Source: Anaerolineae bacterium (GTDB taxonomy: Bacteria; Chloroflexota; Anaerolineae; Epilineales; Epilineaceae). Taken from it: 39,609 bases of DNA. Positions 36,116 through 39,609 of the stretch are shown in pieces. The notes beneath the pieces were generated by a model that was not told the DNA's origin, ran no database searches, and saw only the letters and a program-made list of their open reading frames with translations. The position numbers were made by a program, and so were the translations under genes. Every line of letters begins with the position of its first letter. The stretch's first letter is position 1. The stretch covers positions 1 to 39,609 of the forward strand of contig JAJCYU010000120.1 in the NCBI GenBank assembly GCA_029262755.1, in the 5' to 3' direction.

Positions 36116-36577
36116 ATGTCCCAGCCAGCCCGTCCCGCCACCGATGCGCCCTACCTGGAGAGCGCGACCCGAATCAGCTTCATGGGTGGGCTCAACTACA
36201 AGGTCGTCAACAACAAGTGGGACCGGTTCCGGGAGCGCTTTCACGACTTCGATGTGGCCCGGGTTGCCGGGTTTTCGCCTGCGGACTTGGAGTCCATGGG
36301 CGAGGACGCCGGCCTGATCCGCAACGCGCGCAAGCTCGCCGCCACCGTCGACAACGCGGAAACGATGATGGCGCTGGCGGAAGAGCATGGATCCTTCGAT
36401 GCGTACGTGGAGGCCCTTCATTCCGAGCGCGGTATGGAAGGCGCCGCGAAGGAACTCGCACGGCAGTTCAAGTTCATATCCGTGAACGGTGCGCGCTTCT
36501 GGATGTGGTCGATGGGCTTCGATATCGGCGACCACGGTGCGGACAGCCGAGCGAAGTACGCGCTTCCGCCCCGCTAG
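36116..36577 (+). CDS. DNA-3-methyladenine glycosylase I (Tag)-like protein
   Basis: FMGGLNYKVVNNKWDRFRERFHDFD, LIRNARKLAATVDNA and KELARQFKFI. AGGAG RBS. Confidence 0.8.
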   Translation: MSQPARPATDAPYLESATRISFMGGLNYKVVNNKWDRFRERFHDFDVARVAGFSPADLESMGEDAGLIRNARKLAATVDNAETMMALAEEHGSFDAYVEALHSERGMEGAAKELARQFKFISVNGARFWMWSMGFDIGDHGADSRAKYALPPR

Positions 36578-36646
36578 CCGCCGTCCGGAGGGTGACTTGA
36601 GAAGCGCCGCGTCGAACCGCGATTCGCCGAGGGTGCAGACGAGCCC

Positions 36647-37450
36647 CTACGAGGCGGCGGTTGCTACGGTACGCATTCGCTCCGCCGCGGTGGCATGCAC
36701 GTCGGTCAGCACATCGGCGACGTACGAGACGGGGTCCGCCTGGGCACGGATGCGCGACCAACGCAGCACGCCACCCGGCGTGCTCCACGACGTGGTCCAC
36801 TGGATGTCTTCCGGTAGATGTGCGGCGAGGCCGTCCACGGCGGGCGAGGCATATACGTAGACGTAGGCTTCGCCGATGTCCGGCGTGCCGGGCGAGAAGC
36901 CGATGTTTAGATGCGGGTCCTTCGCTTCGTCCTCGCCCCGAGCGAACCACAGCGTGGACAGATCGAAGCCGTGGGGCCACAGCGCTATCGGCGTCTGGTA
37001 GCCGCGGATCCCGGCCTTGTAGCGCGCGATGGCTTCAAACAGCCGCCACTGTGCTTCCGCGTACGCTTCACCCGCCGAACGTTGGAGGGCGAAGGGCTCA
37101 TCGCGCGTGACCTTGGCTCGATCCGGATCCAGGCCGGCGTGGCCCAGGTCGCGCAGGCGGTCGAAGACGTCCTCGAACAGGGCTCGTTGGTTGGTGCCCT
37201 CGAGCGGAATCGCGAACTGCTCGACGCCGTCGGCGCGCCACGTCACGGCGGCACGCGCGTAGTCCAGGTGCATGGATCCCCCTAGGGAAAGCTCGCCCGT
37301 GCTCGCGCCACGTCGCTGCGGGATGGTGGCCAGATGCAACCAATTGGGTTGCTCTTGCACACCGAGTTTCCGCGCGGCACGCAGCACCTGCATGGCCTGG
37401 TGCAGCGCATCGCGGGTAGCGGTCCACTCCGTGAGGCGTGGCAAAGACAT
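36647..37450 (-). CDS. DUF5996 family protein
   Basis: W..TRDALH, NWLH, PIALWPHGFDLS and GFSPG...EAYVYVY..P. AGGAG RBS. Confidence 0.75.
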   Translation of the reverse strand: MSLPRLTEWTATRDALHQAMQVLRAARKLGVQEQPNWLHLATIPQRRGASTGELSLGGSMHLDYARAAVTWRADGVEQFAIPLEGTNQRALFEDVFDRLRDLGHAGLDPDRAKVTRDEPFALQRSAGEAYAEAQWRLFEAIARYKAGIRGYQTPIALWPHGFDLSTLWFARGEDEAKDPHLNIGFSPGTPDIGEAYVYVYASPAVDGLAAHLPEDIQWTTSWSTPGGVLRWSRIRAQADPVSYVADVLTDVHATAAERMRTVATAAS

Positions 37451-37471
37451 TCGGGGCTCCTGGGAGGGGGC

Positions 37472-38986
37472 TCAGGCGTCGTCCGTATCGTCGGTGGCGG
37501 GCGTCAGGGCGGGAGAAGGCAACGAGCGTAGATAGTTCAGGACGTCGCCGCGCTGGGACAGGTCGAGCCGGTAGGCGAAAGCGGGGTGTCCAGGGCGACC
37601 GTTCGTGAGCAGCTCCAACATCGCTCGATCCTCCCCTAGCGTCATCGAGCCGGCCGAATCGTGACAGACCGCGCACTCCGCGTTCCACAAACGCGCCCCA
37701 CGTAGCTGGGAGGCCACGCTCGGCGCCGTCGGATTGCCCCACAGTGGCAGGCTAACGGCGTCGAGATGTCGAATCCCGCCCCACCATAGATAGCCCAGCG
37801 CTACGGCCGTGATCGCGCCTCCGGCGGCGCGGGCCGTCCAGCCACCGTCCGGCCATGCTGCACTTGCGGCGCGTGGTTGCGTGCTGGTGGCCCCATGCCC
37901 GCCGTCGATCGCGCTTGCCTTGCCCGGGCCGAGCGCGCCCCACGTGAGCACCGCGACGCCCAGGGCCAGCCCCGGCATGGCCAGAGCCGCGTGCGATGGT
38001 GGCGTGAGCGCGGCAAGGGGCAAGGGCAGCGCCGTCAAGAAGGCCGCGAAGCCGGCGAGAGCCAGGCGGCGTCGCGAGGCGATGTTGCGGGATCCCGGTG
38101 CGACGAGGGCTGCGCCCAACATGCCTGCGCCCAGCACGAGAACGACGATCCGCGCGGCGAGCACCGCCGGCACGGAGAGCCACGCCAGGCTCGCGGCGCC
38201 CAGAGCGGCTAGGAAGACAGGCGGCAACGCTCGCTGCGGCTGCGCGACGCGGTCCACGGGTAGCACGCGGGCGACGATCGCGGCGGCGGCGCATGCGAGC
38301 GCGACGGCGGCCAAGCCGGTGAACGCGTCGCGGCCGACCAACACCGGCCGCCAATCCGCGACGCGCGAGAGGGCGAATAGCGCAGCGGCCACGGCGCCCG
38401 CCACGGTGCCGGGCAGCGCGTAGGCCGGCAGGACCATGAGTCCGGAGACAACCGTGCCCGACATCGTCGCCAGCGTGAGGGCGCCGATGAGCGTGGCGAC
38501 GACGAGGAGGGCGGCCGCGAGCCAGCCGACGGACACGGCGCGAGACACGCGAGAGGCGCCGGCGATCGGCGACTCCTCGACCGCGATCGTGAAGCCGGCG
38601 ACCGGATAGAGTGAGCAGTCGAAGGCATAGTCGCCTTGAGCCGCGAACTGCCGGCGCCAACTCTGGCCGGGATCGAGCACGAAGGGTCCGAAGATGTGAC
38701 GGCTCGTGTCCTGGTTGTCGACCACGAGCTCGATCCCCACCGAGGTCGTGATCCACTGGGGCAGCACATCGTCCAAGGGCAGCCCTGCCTCGGCGCGCTC
38801 GGCCGTGCCCGGTGGGATGACGTAGCGCTTTTCTGCCTCGCTGCGTTGAGCCGGCTCGATACGGGCCACGATCACCAGGCATACAGCGACGAGCACGATG
38901 GGTGTGAGCGCGGAGACCCAGCGCGCGGTGCGACTGTCCGCGCGACGTGCTTCACCGTCCTGGATTGGTTCCGCGCGCATCGTCAA
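37472..38986 (-). CDS. Multi-pass membrane protein with an N-terminal cupredoxin-like domain and a C-terminal c-type cytochrome domain
   Basis: TM helix, then LVVDNQD..RH.FGPF.L.PGQS....F...G.Y.F.CS (cupredoxin-like), about 8-9 hydrophobic segments, and G..LW...CAVCH (37661-37675)...VLNYLRSL. The start may be ATG 38980. Confidence 0.7.
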   Translation of the reverse strand: MTMRAEPIQDGEARRADSRTARWVSALTPIVLVAVCLVIVARIEPAQRSEAEKRYVIPPGTAERAEAGLPLDDVLPQWITTSVGIELVVDNQDTSRHIFGPFVLDPGQSWRRQFAAQGDYAFDCSLYPVAGFTIAVEESPIAGASRVSRAVSVGWLAAALLVVATLIGALTLATMSGTVVSGLMVLPAYALPGTVAGAVAAALFALSRVADWRPVLVGRDAFTGLAAVALACAAAAIVARVLPVDRVAQPQRALPPVFLAALGAASLAWLSVPAVLAARIVVLVLGAGMLGAALVAPGSRNIASRRRLALAGFAAFLTALPLPLAALTPPSHAALAMPGLALGVAVLTWGALGPGKASAIDGGHGATSTQPRAASAAWPDGGWTARAAGGAITAVALGYLWWGGIRHLDAVSLPLWGNPTAPSVASQLRGARLWNAECAVCHDSAGSMTLGEDRAMLELLTNGRPGHPAFAYRLDLSQRGDVLNYLRSLPSPALTPATDDTDDA

Positions 38987-38990
38987 ACTC

Positions 38991-39609
38991 TTAGGCCGCC
39001 TCGCCCGGCGCGACCAGGCCTAACTCGGTCTCCAACGTGACGATCTCATCGCGTAGCACGGCCCGCTCTCCCAATAGCTGGTCTACGGCGCCCTCGATCT
39101 CGTCCGACCACGCGGTTTGCCAGCCGCTCAGGGCACGCAGGAGGTTGCGCGCCGGGGTGAGCAGGTCGTTGCGCAGGGGATCGAGCAAGCGTCCACGCAA
39201 GCCGGGTTCGCCGGAATCGGCTTCGGGTAGCCACAGTTCGCGCAGGGGAGCAATCAAGCCTTCATCCGCCGCCGCGACGGCGTCCGGCGCAAGGCCGAGC
39301 ACGTCGCGGACGGCCTCGAGGGCGGCGCGCGCATCCTCGGCGAAGCCGAAGGGCAAGCGGTCTAGGATTCCGTCCACAAACTGTCCGACCGCTTCCACGA
39401 CGGACCCGGCGGTGGCCTGCAAGGCGCCGGCGAGCAACGTGAGGCGAATGGAGAGTCCTTCGGCGACACCGGCCATACGCTGCAGGCCCGCTTCGAGGGG
39501 CTCGATGGCCTGCTCGAAGACGCGTGCGGCGTCGTCGATGAGGTCGATGCCCGCCGCGAGGATCGAGGCGACCGAGCGCACGACGGAGAACGCGGCGGCC
39601 ACGGTGGCG
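38991..39609 (-). CDS. 5'-truncated hypothetical helical/coiled-coil protein
   Basis: Frame is open to the window edge. Amphipathic Ala/Leu/Glu-rich helices. Stop lies 4 nt before the cytochrome fusion gene, so they are likely co-transcribed. Confidence 0.6.
   Translation of the reverse strand, partial: ATVAAAFSVVRSVASILAAGIDLIDDAARVFEQAIEPLEAGLQRMAGVAEGLSIRLTLLAGALQATAGSVVEAVGQFVDGILDRLPFGFAEDARAALEAVRDVLGLAPDAVAAADEGLIAPLRELWLPEADSGEPGLRGRLLDPLRNDLLTPARNLLRALSGWQTAWSDEIEGAVDQLLGERAVLRDEIVTLETELGLVAPGEAA

Overview
GC-rich bacterial chromosomal segment, most likely Chloroflexota (inferred from protein architecture only, not from a marker gene). It holds about 35 genes and no rRNA, tRNA, CRISPR array or transposase that I can recognise. 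The dominant theme is large secreted proteins with Pro/Thr-rich linkers: a lamin-tail-domain fragment, two DNRLRE-domain proteins (one also a zinc metallopeptidase), a beta-propeller/VWA protein, a triple-CARDB protein, an HExxH protein and a CotH-family kinase. All seven share a short peptide [ILV]-[YWF]-[LVM]-P-x-x-x-x, either C-terminal, N-terminal or internal, with no transmembrane anchor after it. This is a candidate surface-docking or sorting system and the main finding. The rest of the window carries two VapBC toxin-antitoxin modules with readable sigma70 promoters, lemA-DUF2207, two DinB genes, VOC, SRPBCC, two DNA glycosylases, an S9 lipoprotein hydrolase and an MFS transporter. It also has a cold-shock gene with a terminator-containing leader, a DoxX/ECF sigma/anti-sigma operon, an orphan GAF-GAF histidine kinase, two c-type cytochromes and a probable pseudogene. 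Family assignments come from recognising motifs by eye; no searches were run.
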